Counted from the stretch's first letter, positions 1-15,200 are shown. The stretch: 64,000 bases of DNA from Laetmonice hystrix (GCA_965235115.1 OZ249452.1:12648001-12712000); one strand, 5' to 3'. Numbers and translations are program-made. Notes: generated from the letters alone by a model not told the origin.

Positions 1-6
1 ACTTAC

Positions 7-276
7 CCTCGACGGAAAGCTTGGCTGAAGTTTTGGTTTTCTTGTAGAAGGCGTGGTATTCCCCAACATCCTCCATGTCAGCCTTCTCAATGACGAGCCG
101 GTGAACCTTTCCGTCAGCAATGATATCGTGGTTCTCACCCCGTCTTAGTTGTTTGTCTCCACGGTACCAGTCTAACTTTAGACCAGACTTGGAGATCTCA
201 CACTCGAAGGTCACAGTCTTATTGGCCTCCGTAATCTTGATGTCTTGAAGATCGCGGGTGAATACAATTGCTTCAA
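7..276 (-). CDS. Exon: Ig domain (first Ig of super-repeat G)
   Basis: ttccag|TTGAAGCA (VEAIVFTRDLQD...KLSVEG)|gtaagt; 270 nt; missed by the ORF track. Confidence 0.88.
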
Positions 277-3200
277 CTGGAATTAGCAAAATAACTAAAT
301 ATTCAACAATCTACTTTCACCTGAGGAAACATGCGACATAACACACCTGAACTCCCAACACACTTCTACCTTTCTAGGTGCGTTTTTTTCTTTATTTGAG
401 ACGAGCTGTTAGTACCATATTTTCATCTAAGAAGAACAAAAATTTTGGATAAAAGTATTTACTCACAAATAGGGAATTTATCAAAAGAAGACTAACCCAA
501 TCCTTTAAAAAAGCGAAAATTCAAAATGATTTTCTGGTTATGCGACTTCCTATTTCCATCTTAATCCTCACAAGTCTATTGGATAATGACCTTTACTTAA
601 TCATTATGGAACCGGTACATTAAAATGTTACAAAACCCTCACCGTATTGAGCGGTTCTTGACGCCGGTGAAGCCTGTCCCTGTCCAGCCTTGTTAACCGC
701 TGCGACCCGGAACTCATACTTGCTGCCCTCCTGCAGCCCTTCGACCTTGTACTCTGTGTCCTTGACCGGTTTTGGTGTCACCTGTTCCCACTTGGCCGCG
801 CCCTCTGGCTTCATCTCCACGACGTATCCAGTGACGGGCGCGCCGCCATCTTTCTCCGGAGCGGCCCAGGTCAAGGTCGCCGTATCCTTGGTGATGTCAG
901 TGACGTCAGGAGCCCCTGGTTTCCCGGGTGCCGCGAACGGATCCTTGGCCTTGAAAACTCCTGTCGTCTGCGACGGCTTCCCGACTCCAGCCTCGTTCTC
1001 GGCACAGACGCGGTACTCATACTCGCTGCCCTCCACAAGGTCGCGGAAGGCCTGGCTGAGTGTTTCGATTGGCTGGCGGTTGACCTTGATCCAGCGCTGG
1101 CTGTAACCGGATGATTTCTCGATGTAATAACCGGTGATAGGGGAGCCACCGTCGAATGATGGTTTCTCCCAGACCAGAGTACACGATGACTTGGTTAGGT
1201 CCTCGATGTGAACGTTCTGCGGTGGACCCGGGGGGTCTGGAATCACAAACAAGCTCTAATCAGTACTTTTATTTACTAACAGCAATATCTATGTATTGCG
1301 TATTCATCAAAAGGAATGAAATCAAGTTTGAGTGATTCCATGTGTGCGTAGCACGTAATGCGTGTTTTCACTGTTTTTATTTACGCAATACGCAATACAC
1401 GTGTTTTCATTGTTTCATTGTTTTACGTGGATTTCTGGCTTAATGCTTCAAAAAAACACTTGACTCACCGAATGGCAACTTGGCCATGACTGGTTCGTCC
1501 AAGCTGACTGGCTCGCTCTGTCCTACAGCATTCACAGCTCGTACTTTAAACAGGTACTCGTTACCCTCGTACAACCTCGACACCTTGAAGGCCAAGGTGT
1601 CCGCCTCAGTCTCCCCAGCGTTCGTGAACGTTTTCCGTTTGACGTCTGCCTTCTCGATGACGTATCCCGTGATGGGAGAGTCGCCATCGTGTTCAGGGGT
1701 GTCCCAGGCGAGACTAATGTGGGTCTTGTAGACTTCAGTCACTCTCAAGTTGCGCGGTGGTGAAGGTTTACCTGAAGTAACAAAGCCAGAATTGACTCAA
1801 GAAAGTCTTAAAGGGCGAATCCAAAAGAGTTTATCCTTGCGACGTCCATCCGATTCCGACGTTGTGATTGTGATTTTGCGTTTAAAGGATGACATTCCTT
1901 TCCAGAATCAGACGGCAGCAAGCCCAGATTACAGAGTGAAGTTCCACCTTTAAATTACCTTTCTATATTTAGAATACCAAATTGAGATACCATAGAAACG
2001 TCCTTTAATACGCACCCTTGACGATGACGTCAAAGTCTGCGCTGGCTTCCCCAGCTTCGTTCGCAGCCACCACCACATATTTCCCAGCGTCCTTTGACGA
2101 CGCCCTCTTGAGGACGACCCGGGAGAATCCCTCTCCGGTCTCTATGGTGACGTCACTGCTGGCTTCGAGTTCCTGTTCTTGCAGGTACCACTTGACCTCG
2201 GGTGTTGGGACGCCAGTGATTGTGACGTTGATGGTCAGTGATCCTTTTTCCTTGACAGACTGTGGTTTCTTCAGACTAGCGTCGTAATCAATGACCGGGG
2301 CACCTGTAACCATGGATAATGAGGGAGTCCATCGGTTTAGTTTCATTGGGGAAGGACAATCTTAAATATAAGTACCTCGAGTTTTATATATAGAAGAATA
2401 AGCACAGTTACTAGTATCCCCCAACATTTTGGATAATTTTCGACTTTCTAGGGGAAACTTCTTGCATTCTTCAAGAAGGATATGAGACTTATAAAAGTAT
2501 CAGGGACTACATGAAAGCAACGTAGGCATCCTTGCAACTTTTCCGTACACATTTAATTGGGGAATGTAAAGTGGACGACCAATAAAAGACACAATGAGGT
2601 GAGATAATTGTGAACTCACTCTGAACTTCCAGTGTACACTGAGTTTCAACTCGTCCCAGTTTGTTGATAGCTTCACACCGGTACCAGCCGCCGTCACTAA
2701 CTGACGTCTCCGTGAAGTCAAGGCTCGCTGTGTCGTCATGGTAGTCGGCCTTGACCTTGCCGCCGCTGTATACCTCCTTGGATTCCTTGTACCACGTGAT
2801 CTTGGCCTTGGGGTCACCGCGGTCAAGTTCGCACTCGAGAGTGGCGCCCTCTGGCGCGATGACCACCATGTCCATCAGTGGCTCAAGAATCTTGGGCGGG
2901 TTTCCAACTGAAATACAACAAGAATACAAGGGTTAGATCTAGAAATGAAAAAACGAGAAGAAGGCTACTTCAAAAACACTATTGTAAAACTCCTTTTATC
3001 ATATGTGAGTAAGAATAAGACCGTTTCTACTTACAGATCTGTTCCTTTGCCTCGACCGGGGTAGTTGGTTCCGAGGGAGGTCCAACGCCAGCCCTGTTCT
3101 CGGCGGCGATACGGAACTCGTAGTCATTGCCCTCTTGGAGTCGTCTGACGGTATACTTGAGCTCGGAGACGTTCTGTTCGTTGGCGCGGACCCACTTGTA

Positions 3201-6200
3201 TCCGCCTTCGATACGGTACTCGATAACGTAATTAAAGATCTCGGCGCCGCCGTCGTCTGCTGGCGGTTTGTACGTCAAGGTGACGCTGTCTCTGTCGGTC
3301 TTGGCGATCTCAGGTGTGTCTGGTTTACCGGGCTTGGCTGGAGATGAAAACAAAAAAATGAAAACCAAATAAGTCCTATTCATATCAATCTTGTCAAAAA
3401 ATAAGGAACAAAGAGTCTATGGCAGAATACCAAGCCTCACTGAAAAATTACATGTCTCTTTTGTGTAAAGTGCTTTAAACGGTTGCTATGGTTGTCGCCA
3501 TGGTAACCAAATCATTACTTACACCATGGGTCCTTGGCAACAGCTGGTTTTGTCGGTGAACTTGGAGGTCCTTGGCCTACTTTGTTCACTGCCATGATCC
3601 TGAATTCATACTCGTTGTCCTCGATTAAATCGGTGACTGAGTAAGTTGTCTCCTTAACGGTTTCCCTGGTAACCGTCATCCACCGAGAACTTGATGTTTG
3701 TCTTCGTTCTATGACGTAACCCGTGACGGGAGTGCCGCCATCTTCGGCTGGTGGTTGCCATGACAACTCGGCATGGTCCTTGAAGATTTCGGTGATTTCT
3801 GGTGATTCAGGAGCTCCGGGAAGGTCTGTGAAATTGTAATGTACGCGCATGAAAAATGTTTTTACCATATTTCTCCGATTTGTAAGTTTTTAAGTATTAT
3901 CTCAACAATTTATCATCAATACATTCAGAAAATTCCCTTTACCTTGAGTCGACATGGAACATACAAGACTTTAGTGGAGAGAAAACAGATTCATTAACAC
4001 TTACCAAACTGACTCTTTGGTGTGACAGATTTAGAAAGTTCCGCAAACTCTCCCAGGCCGCATTCGTTCTCAGCAGCCACTCGGAACATGTAGGCTGAGC
4101 CCTCCTGAAGTCGTTCAACCGTTGTCTCCAGCTCCTTTGTCTTTGTCACGCTCTGCCATGTCCGTTTTCCAGGCTCGCGTTTCTCTATGACGTAACCGGT
4201 GACGTCACATCCGCCGTTGTCGTTGGGTTCGTCCCATGATAGGCTAACAGTGTCTTCCGTCACTGCCGTGACCTCAAAATCTTCTGGCGGTCCTGGTTTG
4301 TCTGAAATATTTCACAAATAAATAACGGTTCTGATGTTTGCAAAGTAATTTGGTACAATTAAAAAAATATTATAATTATAGCAAAGACTTTAGTAAGTTT
4401 GTTTCTTCCTTGTTTTTTTTATTGCTCTAAGTCAATATCTCTCCCTGCGCACTACGACCTTGACCTACTCACCAATGACCGTGACCTTGATGGTAATGGA
4501 GGCCTTGCCAAACTTGTTCTCCATGGTAACGGCGTACTTGCCGCTGTCCTTGCGGGTGACCTTGGCCATGGTCAGTGACGTCATACCAATGATGGTTTCG
4601 TCCTTGAAACGACGGGTGTCATTATATGGACCGTTGTTAAAGGTCCACTTCACCTTAGGCATAGGATTGGCACTGAAGGGAAGCCCGATGGCTGTTGAGC
4701 TACCGGCGCGTAGTATGATCTCATCCTCGATATCCTTCAGGAACATGGGAGGAGCTGCTCACAAAAACAAAACAATCTCATGAACATTGCGTTTTACTTT
4801 TTGTATATAAAACAATGTTATATATCACTGTAAAGGGGCGAAGCCATTACTGGAGGACCGTGATGTGACAATAGATGGTTATCAATGTGTTCTTAATATA
4901 TTGGCTGGAGTCCTCCTTTAAGAAAAATACAATAATTTGGAAAGTTTACCTTTAATTGTGAGGTTGGCGGTGGAGGTGACGTCCCTGAACTTGACAGAGT
5001 ACGCTCCCTCGTCCTCAACCTGCGACTCCTCTATGATGAGCGTGTGTTTCCCGTTATCTGAAGTCTTGTCGTATTTCTCCGACCTCTTGATGAGTTTGTC
5101 TCCACGGTACCAATCCGGTTTCAGATCTAGCTTGGAGATCTCACACTCAAACACAGCCTTCAGTCCGACCTGCTCCAGGTCAACGTCCTGGAGTGGTGTC
5201 ACGAAGATGATGGGCTCAACTGGAGGAGTGAAGTCAAGATCAGGTTATATACTGGGATAGGTAATAGATAATAGATAATCTCCGGTAGGGGGCGCTGTAC
5301 GCGCTCAATATCTTACAGTAGGTAATTGAGAAATAATTTGAGAGATGAACGCCCTTACCATATTTGGAGGGTAGAGATGGGTCAGACGGCGGCCCGAGAC
5401 CAGCCTTGTTCTCAGCTGTCACCCGGAACTCATACTCCGTCTCCTCCTTCAGGTCCTTGACGGTGAAGGTCAGATCAGTGACCTTGACCTCCTTATTGAC
5501 GACCTTCCACTTGATGTCTCCCGCCTGCCGCATCTCCACTGTGTAGTTAAAGATGGCAGCGCCTCCGTCACTGTCCGGAGCCGCCCAATTGATGGTAGCA
5601 GAATCTGGTTTGAGGTCTGTGACCTCTGGGCGACCTGGTTTACCAGGAAGGTCAAATGGATCCTTGGCGATGAACTGTCCACAGGTTTCTGACGGTTTGC
5701 TCACTCCGGCCGCGTTCACGGCACTGACCCGGTAGTTGTACTCCGTGCCCTCCACCAGATCGGTGAAGGTCATCTCAAGGTCGGGGATAGGGTCGCGGTT
5801 AACCTTGACCCAGCGGCTGCTGTAGCCGGAGGCTTTCTCCACGATGTAACCTGTCACTGGGGAGCCGCCGTCAAACGATGGTGGTTCCCATGACAACACG
5901 CATGACGTCTTTGTGACGTCATTCACCTGTGGGTTTCTCGGAGGATCAGGTGGATCTGAAATAGTACAATTATGGCTTACTTAACATTTTAACCATGTTT
6001 CTTTACTGAAAATGACAAATTACGCCAAATGTCTCATGAACCAAGGGGGAAATTAATCTAAATCGCATACTGGAAACATATATCACTCACCAAACGGTAA
6101 TCTGGCCTTGACTGGTTCATCCAGTTCCGTCCAATCAGAAGTACCAATGGCATTCTCTGCACAAACACGCACCATGTACGTGTTACCCTCGACCAGTTTG

Positions 6201-9200
6201 GGAACCTTGAGGGTCAGCTGATCGGCGCGCGTCTCATCGACCTTGATGAACGCTGCTCTCTTCATATCACGTTTCTCCACGGTATAACTCGTGATCTCAG
6301 ATCCTCCGTCACGCTCGGGTACATCCCATTGTACCATGACGTAATCCTTGTACACCTCAGTCACGCGCAGACTCCGAGGTGGGGATGGCTTGTCTGAAAA
6401 CGTGCAAAACGAATGTTATGAAGAGGACTAGGAGGAAGAGGGCTGAGGCACATAGTTCCCACAGTCAAAGAATCCTCCAATATTTACCTATAAGCCGAAA
6501 ATGAAAAGGCCGTCCAAACGTTCCTTGAAGTGAAGGAGGAAAAGAAGGGCTGGGTCCTATTCCAATTTTATTTTTAAGGCAGAACCTCTCATATTAAGGC
6601 ACATATTTCAGCAAAACGCCCACAGCGTATTTATTTTACATTTTTGGGGTCTAAGTCTGTCTCTGTTATAGCATGCTGTTCTATGACTACCCACCTTTGA
6701 TGACGACAGAGAAGTCCTCTGAGACACTGTCCACAACGTTCTCCGCCGTGACCTTGTAGTCTCCCGAGGTCACAGCTGACGTGCCCTTGATGGTCAAGGT
6801 TGAGAAGGTTTCGGTTGTCTCAATGGTAATGTCTTTGGTCTGTACCACTGTCTGTCCGTTATGTTGCCAGGTAACGGTCGGCATGGGGATACCAGAGATG
6901 TTGACGTGGATCACCAAGGTCGCACCGGCCTTCAAACTCTGGTCCTTCATGTTGGCATCGTAGTCGATCTTTGGTCCAACTGAGAATGAGAAATTCAAAT
7001 TTTTATATAATGCCGGCCGGTCGTCTCTCACTCCTTTCACCGAAAATAAAATACTGGACAGGATAAACTTTACGTTTTAAGCCGTACGGAGGCTTAAAAA
7101 GGGGGTGCAAGGGCGTTTGGGGGTATTTGGGTTTTTCTAAAAGCCACCTGCTTGCAAAAACGTCACTTTTCTAGAATTACTGGCGTGGAACCAATCAGAA
7201 GCAAGGGAAGAATCCATGCTAGCAAGATCTTGAGACTCACCATGGACTGTGAGTGAGGCCTCAGTGTCACAGGTACCGATCTTGTTACTCGCCGAACACA
7301 TGTAACTCCCGGCGTCTGAGGGACCGCTCTTCTTGATAGTGAGTGACGCTGTCTCCTCATCGTACGTCATGGCGTATCGGTCACTTGAACTGATTTCACG
7401 GCCGTCCTTGTGCCTGAGTAAACCCGCCAAAAATAATATCATGTCAATGGTTATCCTGACGCAGTTAAGAAGAAAAGAAGAAAATGAAAGGTCAGAAAAT
7501 TTAAGGCTTTGTACACGTTAGAAACATTTGATTTGACAACAGTTGCTGTGTCAAGTTGTTAATTGACCCACCATTTGGTTTTGGCTGTGGGTGTTCCTGG
7601 GTCGATTTCACAGGTCAGCACAGCGTCGTCAGGGGCAACAACTGTCTCATCAGTCAACTCCTCAACAATGGTCGGGGCGGTGCCCACTGAAAGTGACCAT
7701 ACAAAAAACTCTAACCCTCCACCAACATCGTCTTCTGTTTTTGATCAAATAAAGTAATCTGGGATAGTCTTTATTTTCAGTATCTTTTCATTTTGGATTG
7801 GGCTGATGCACTTCCAATGTCAGAAACTGCTTCGTTATGGAGGTTTTTGAGAGAGACTCACCGATTGGTTCCTTTGCTTGTATCTGCATGCTGTTTTCTG
7901 AACAGGGTCCAACGCCAGCCTTGTTCTCTGCGGCGACTCTGAATTCATACAACGCCTCTTCATCCAGACCTGTCATGGTGTACTTGCCCTGAGGAATCGG
8001 GCTTGTGACCTTGACCCACTTAAAGGCGCCCTCGACACGGTACTCAAGGACGTAGTTTGTGATTTCAGCTCCACCGTCATCCTCAGGTGGTGACCATGAC
8101 AACGGTATCTGGCCATCCTTGATGGCTCCGATTTTAGGAACTCCAGGCTTTCCTGGTTTCTCTGCAAGAGGCAAATCATATTTGTTAATGCCCTGTTTAA
8201 TATCAGTCCTTAAATGAACACTGATGCTATCAAATATAAAAATATATTAACTTTTTTAGGTATTGCTGGGAACTTACGCCAAGGGTCCTTAACAACAACT
8301 GGTTTTGTTGGCGAGCAAGGTGGCCCGACCCCGACTTTGTTTTCTGCCATGATTCTGTATGAGTACTCATTGTCCTCGATGACATCTGTGTCTGAGTAAG
8401 TTAACTCAGTGATGGCGTCCTTAGTGACCTTCATCCAGCGTGTTGACGTTGCCAGGCAACGTTCCACGTAGTATCCGGTTATTGGGCTTCCCCCGTCAAA
8501 CGCAGGCGGTTGCCATGTGAGTGTGACGTAATCCTTGAAGCTCTCTTCAATCTGAGGATTCTCTGGCGGCCCCGGTGGATCTGTAGACAACAAAGAGTAT
8601 GTCAAGAGAATGTGGAGATGAAGCCAAATATATCAGCATATTCCAGTAAATTTTTATCCATGACATGAACAGAATCACAGATTGTGCGTGTTGTCAGCAA
8701 AGTTGTATAGTACAGTGGGGGATCCAGGATTTTGATAAGGGGGGCCCACCTAAAAAAAAAAATTTGCCTCGCTACGCTCGGCATGATTTTGTTATGATTA
8801 TGACCATTTTGGCCCCCTTTTGGTCTATTTCAATGCTGCATGAGTTCGGCCTATGTTGCTCCTGGATGACTGAGGAGGCCCAAATTTTGGGCCCAATGTT
8901 ACTATCACGTACAATATAGGAGGCTTTTTTTAATGAATTTTGTTGGAATCCTGGTTTCAGGGTCCAAATAATGCATCTTCTTAAAAAAAGGTTGGGGAAA
9001 GGAAAATTCAAGGGGGGCCCGGGTCCCTTGGGCCCCCTGGATCCCCCAGTGTAGTACCTTGCCCAAATCTGCAGAATAAATTGTTCATTTTTTTAGTAAA
9101 GCTTACCGTGTGGGCTTTTCGCTGTTACTGCTTGCGACAGTTCGGCAAATTCTCCAACTCCGACCTCGTTCTCGGCGGCGACCCGGAAGAGATAGCTGGT

Positions 9201-12200
9201 ACCCTCCTTGAGGTCAGCCACTAGATACCCCAGGTCCTCCGACGTGGCGCCCTTCTTCCACTGACGTTTTGACGCGTCACGTTGTTCCATGACGTAACGT
9301 AAGATCTCGCAACCTCCGTCATCCTCCGGGATGTCCCATTTGAGACCCACGGTGGATTCGGAGACGCTCGTTACGGCTAGGTGGGTCGGAGCGCTTGGTT
9401 TGTCTAAGGGAAGAACACAATGAAATGCTTATTTGGACTACTGCAGGTATCTTTTATTTCGCGCGTGTGCTTAATTTCGCAGTTCGTAACCTGTTGCTCT
9501 TACCCTCAAATACTATCTGTTGCAAGTGCCTGTTAGAATTGCATGTTGGGGAATTAATTCTGTCTTTCACTTTTTTGATGGAGATGCCATTGTCCAAACG
9601 CCAATTTAGGAAGTGCCAAACCAGCGAAAATGAATGTTAATTCCGCCAAATTAAAGTGACTTAAAATATTTTAAAGATTCATGACATCATCTATCATGTA
9701 GTATATAATATTAAGCTGTCTTCAGGATGCCTTAGTCAGCAGCTTTCTATTAAAAGCGCCAGTTTAGGCTGACAAAGGGTTACCCTTGCTCACAGCTGAA
9801 CTGGGTCAACCCCCTATATCAACATTAAGGAATACCTGTTGTGTCATTCTCAGTTCTGCACATATACAATGTACTATTGTTGTGCACCTTTAATTAAAGG
9901 CTCGCCAGACGAAAATAATCCGCTGGGTGACATAAGAAAGCTTTGAGGGGTTTAATTTTATGGTTTAACTTGGAGCGTTTTAACAATGCCAAACAATTGC
10001 TGTGTGCCCAATCTGCTGGACGACAGATGAAAGCTTTGAGGTTATTGTCATATCTCTATTATTTTGTAGCGTTTCAACAATAGCGGCAGGACGGCCATTG
10101 TCACACAATGTCTCCAACCCCTTGTATTGTTTGGACAGCTGGCTGTCTGAGCGCCGGGATGTCAAGGTGCCAGTCACGGTCAATGAGCACCTAGCTGCCA
10201 ACGCGTCTGCCACACTAATGAGCATACCTGGCACTGCCCGTCAGTTAAAGTATAATTAACACCTTAATCTCTCGCGAGCTGTCAATAGACAGTTTTAACC
10301 AATGGCCGGGCAGCATCGCTTTCTTTGACGTCATTGGTCAATTGACATCATCCTCGCCTATATATACTCAGTTCTGAGAGGCATTCAGACATTACACTGC
10401 ACCTGGCTTGGTTCGCCATGACTGGCACCCAGTCACTGGCCACGGACACTGGAACTGTTAGCCGGACATAACGTCTGGTTTAATTCATCTGCTGCTAAAA
10501 GTACCACCTTTAGCGGAACTTCCACCACTCTGGACAAGAACTCGGTGAGTGTCAATTTGACTCAGAACTTTGAGATGCACTTTGAATCCCATTTCCTTCA
10601 GCTAAACTGCATTTGGAACCAACCGTTTATTTTAATATTTGCTATGCGTGATATGTGCACGCATACTTACCCTTAACGATGACCTTGATAGTCAATGACG
10701 CAGAGCCGTAATCGTTCTCCAAGGTGACCTTGTAGTTACCGGAGTCCGACCTGACGACCTTGGCCATCGTCATAGAGGTCATCCCATAGATGGTTTCGTG
10801 CTTGATCCTCTTGACGTTCGGCATGCTGGGTTTACCATTGTATGTCCACTTCACGTCAGGCATTGGGTTGGCCGAGAAAGGCAGCTCAATGGCCGTCGAC
10901 TGACCAACGTTCAGGCGTAAAATGTCCTCACGATCTTCGAGGAACTTTGGTGGAGCTGTAGCGCGGAATAGCGATTTTTTTAGTTTCAATTTTAAAAAAA
11001 TTTGCTTTCGCCTATATTTACCGTGACAGATTCTATTGCATGAGACAATATTTCAAAACTATCAAATAATCTAATGTTATGTAGGGAGAAGCCACATATA
11101 AGTCAATATTTTCATTGCGGAAAACGAGATAGATGCAAAAACTTCTATGTATATAAGTCCAGAACTCACCATGGATGGTCAAACTTGCTGATGATTTGAC
11201 CTCAGCCTCCTTAAAGATCACAGAGTAGGTTGCCTCATCTTCAGCGTATGCCTTCGGGATTGTGAGTTTGTGAGTTGTTGTTGCAGAAACAATCTCATAT
11301 TTGTCACTTGGTTTGAGAAGTGAGTCACCCTTGTACCATTCTGGCTTGAGTCCAGCCTTGGAGATCTCACACTCAAAGGTCGCCGTCAGGCCAACGTCAT
11401 CCAAAGTCACATCTTCCAGTGGAATCAGGAAGCTGATTGCCTCAACTGAAATTTGGGTTTGAAGAATGTAGTTTTAATTTATGATTTGATATAAGAAATC
11501 GCTGAACTATTGTAAGCAGTGCTTCCCACCCGGCAAAGTAAATTCATGTGGTCAATTCTGATATGTGAGGCCTCTGTTGGATTTTATTTACACAAGGTTT
11601 AGTTGCTTTATTGCAGCTCCAATGCCTTTTTTATTATAAAATGCATTGCAGAAAATACAACAAAGGTATTTACATTCAAAAATGCATCCAAATTTGAATG
11701 GGACAAGTTGTTCTATTTAGAACGAGAAAAGACCGTACACTCACCATATTTGGCTGTCTTAGAAGGTTCTGATGGTTCTCCTGGGCCAGCCTTGTTTTCA
11801 GGCGTCACCCGGAACTCGTACTGAGTCTCTTCTTTCAGGTCAGGAACCTCGTATGTCAGATCCGTCACATCCTCCTTGTTCACTCTCTGCCACCTCTTCT
11901 CTCCAACAACCCTCTTCTCAATGATGTAGTTTGTGATCGGAGATCCGCCATCACTGTCTGGGGGTTGCCAGGTGATGGTTGCCATGTCCGCCGTAATTTC
12001 CTCCACATCTGGGCGGCCGGCTTGACCGGGTTTGTCAAACGGATCCTTGGCGACAAAGCTGATAGGGGCACACGGGCTACCCTGGCCTGCATCGTTCTCA
12101 GCGAACACCCTGTACTCGTAGGTGGTTCCCATGTCAAGGTCATCCAAGGTGATAGTTGTCTCTTTCTGGGCCTTCTTGAATACCTTCACCCAGCGAGATC

Positions 12201-15200
12201 CAGACTTCCTCTCCACGTAGTAACCAGTGACTGGAGAGCCACCGTCAAACTCTGGCGGTTCCCAGGTCAGAACGGCTGACTCCCTCGTCACGTCCACTGC
12301 CTTCAGGTGTATCGGAGGTCCAGGTGGGTCTAAAATACCGAAAGTATCCACATCACTTAACTCTAGGACATCAAGCATGAACATATTGGCGCTGACAGCA
12401 CCCATTGTATATATTTGTTCCTTTAGGTCTGTATATTATGGGGTAGGTATCATATTTCTCGAGCATGATTATGGGCAGTGACCCAGAAGGTAAATCAGTA
12501 GTTTGGGAGCAGAGTATTTGTGCCTAACATTATGACAGGAGATCTAAGGAACAGGAAAGTATCGTCCACGCCGAGGTAAGGATATACAAGAAGTGTTGCT
12601 CACCAAACGGCAGTTTGGCGGTGGCTGGCTCAGCAGTAGCTGTGGGTTCACTCTCACCAACTTCATTGACTGCCTTCACTCTGAACAAGTACTGGTTGCC
12701 CTCAACCAGTTTCGTGACCTTGAAGTTCATCTCAGTGTCCTTGACCTCACCGGCCTTGACCCATGCCTCACGCTTGACGTCACGTCGTTCCACGATGTAA
12801 CCAGTGATCGGAGAACCCCCGTCACTTTCAGGTTTGTCCCATGCTACGACGATGAAGTCTTTGTAAACTTCAGTGGGGCGAACATTTTGTGGTGGTGAGG
12901 GGCGATCTAGAAACCAGAATTTAGACATTTAGATAAGTGGCAATACAAGGAATGTTGTATAATGAAGCCTGACTTCCTTAATAATGTTTCATAGTATATC
13001 AACCATAAAACTTCCGAAATCTTGACAAAATCTCAGCGTCCTTCCGTACCTTTGACTGTGACTGTGAATTCAGCACTGTCGTCACCAGCGACGTTTTCAG
13101 CCGTGATCTTGTACAGACCAGCGTCCACTGCTCCAACATCTTTGACAGTCAACCTTGACGAGTTCTCTTTCGTTTCAATTGTGACGTCATCACCAGCTTC
13201 AAGGACGTCATCATCCTTGTACCACGTGACTGTAGGAGTAGGCGTTCCTTTGACATTGACGGGAAGGGCCAAGGTCGCACCACCCTTCAGGGCCTGTGTA
13301 TCTTCATACTTGTCATCATAAGTGATTTCAGGTGACACTGAAACCGCAAACATTCACAGTTACCCCTCATCTTTCAGGTAACATCAGTCATAGATCCATA
13401 CTGCAATCAGAATTTATCATGAAAATGCATACGTACCATGTACAATGAGGTTACAACTTGTGTCAACCTTGCCCAGCTTGTTACTGGCCTCACACTTGTA
13501 AACCTGTTCGTCCTTGGGCCCAACCGTTTTAATGGTCAGAGTGGCCACCTCATCCTTGTAGATCATCTTCACTCGTTTCTCGGCTGTTATTTCCTTGGAG
13601 TTTCTGAACCTATAAAACATAAACCAAGTTTGTTTTAGACTCTTTGTTAAAAACATATGCATACTTTCTGACTTAACTCTACCAATTATCTTAGTCTATT
13701 AGTAGAAACCTAGGATTAGTCTTAAACAGTTACTAAGTACCCACCATTTTATCTTTGCAACAGGGTCTCCTGGAGCGATAGAACACTCAAGAGTCGCTGT
13801 GTCTAGAGAAACGACAGTCTGATCCTCCAAAGGTTTGATCAACTCCGGTGGATGGCCGACTGCAACAAATATACAACATATTAAATATGTAAACGCCGAA
13901 GCAACATAACACGAATTAAATGAGAGAATTAAATGTGTTTAAACTAGTATTTGACACGATATCTGATCAGAGGTCCTCAGACAGAACATACTTCTCGAAG
14001 ATTAAAAAAATATCTTTTCTTTGAAATGCATCTAGCCATAAAACCACGAAGCTAAAGACATTTACCGATGGGTTCCTTCAGAGTGACCGGTGGGTCACTT
14101 GGGTCAGACCATGGTCCCTGTCCAGCCTTGTTGACGGCTGCCACGTGGAACTCGTAGGTGATGCCCTCACCCAGTTTGGTGGGTTTGTATTCCGGTTTGT
14201 CTGTCTTGGTGTCAGTGGTGACGGTTGCCCACATCAATGTTCCTTCAATACGGTGTTCGACAACATAATGCGTGATGGGCGAGCCACCGTCATCCTGTGG
14301 GGACTCCCAGTTCAGCTGCACGGACCGGCCCCGGATGTCACTACACTGGGGTTGGCCAGGTTTCCCTGGTTTTTCTGCAAGTTAACCACATTCACGATTT
14401 ATAACACGATGAAGACTGCAACTCACTGATACAATTCTTCTGGGCCTTAAACAAATGGCACCTAACTTGAAAATGGTAACTTCACTTTAATGTAAACGTG
14501 AAAAAAAAGGTTACTGACCTAAGATAATTTATTCTGAGGAAAGAAATAATTTGACATGGTGGTGCTAAATACCTAAATACCACTGGTCACAGATTGTCAA
14601 GGTGTGTATATTTACCATAGGGGTCCTTTGCAGTGAACGGTTTGGTTGGAGAACTTGGCGGACCAACTCCAACCTTGTTTTCGGCCATCACCCGTAGTTC
14701 ATACTCGGTGCCTTCAATAAGGTCAGTCACCTTCAGTTCAAGGTCAGTCATGATCTCCTTGGTAACCTTTATCCAGCGAGAACTGGCTGTGTCACGACGT
14801 TCCACATGGTATCCAAGGACGGGAGAGCCTCCATCAAACGCTGGTGGTTGCCATGTAAACATGCAGGTCTCCTTGGTAACGTCAGAGACTTCTGGAGATT
14901 GTGGTGGACCTGGTGGGTCTGTGACAAATAAATAAAGGTAAAGTCAACATTTGCAATATGTGGTCTTCACATAATAATGTTACAAATGGCAGCCATCAAC
15001 TATTTGTAATAATATTACCGTGCACCCAACACAATTGTTAATTGTTTAGTCTATGAAAAATTAAACTTTTATTACAAAGATTTGCCAAGCCTTGGAAATC
15101 AGATAGGTTGAAAAAAAACTCACCATATGGACTCTTACAGGTGACCGGATCTTTAAGTTCTACAAAAGGTCCGACTCCACACTTGTTCTCAGCCGCCACA

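Noticed and set aside
1290-1430. 12-bp inverted repeat (gtattgcgtatt / aatacgcaatac) and short cgtgttttca repeats
   Set aside because: Too short to support an element or RNA structure.
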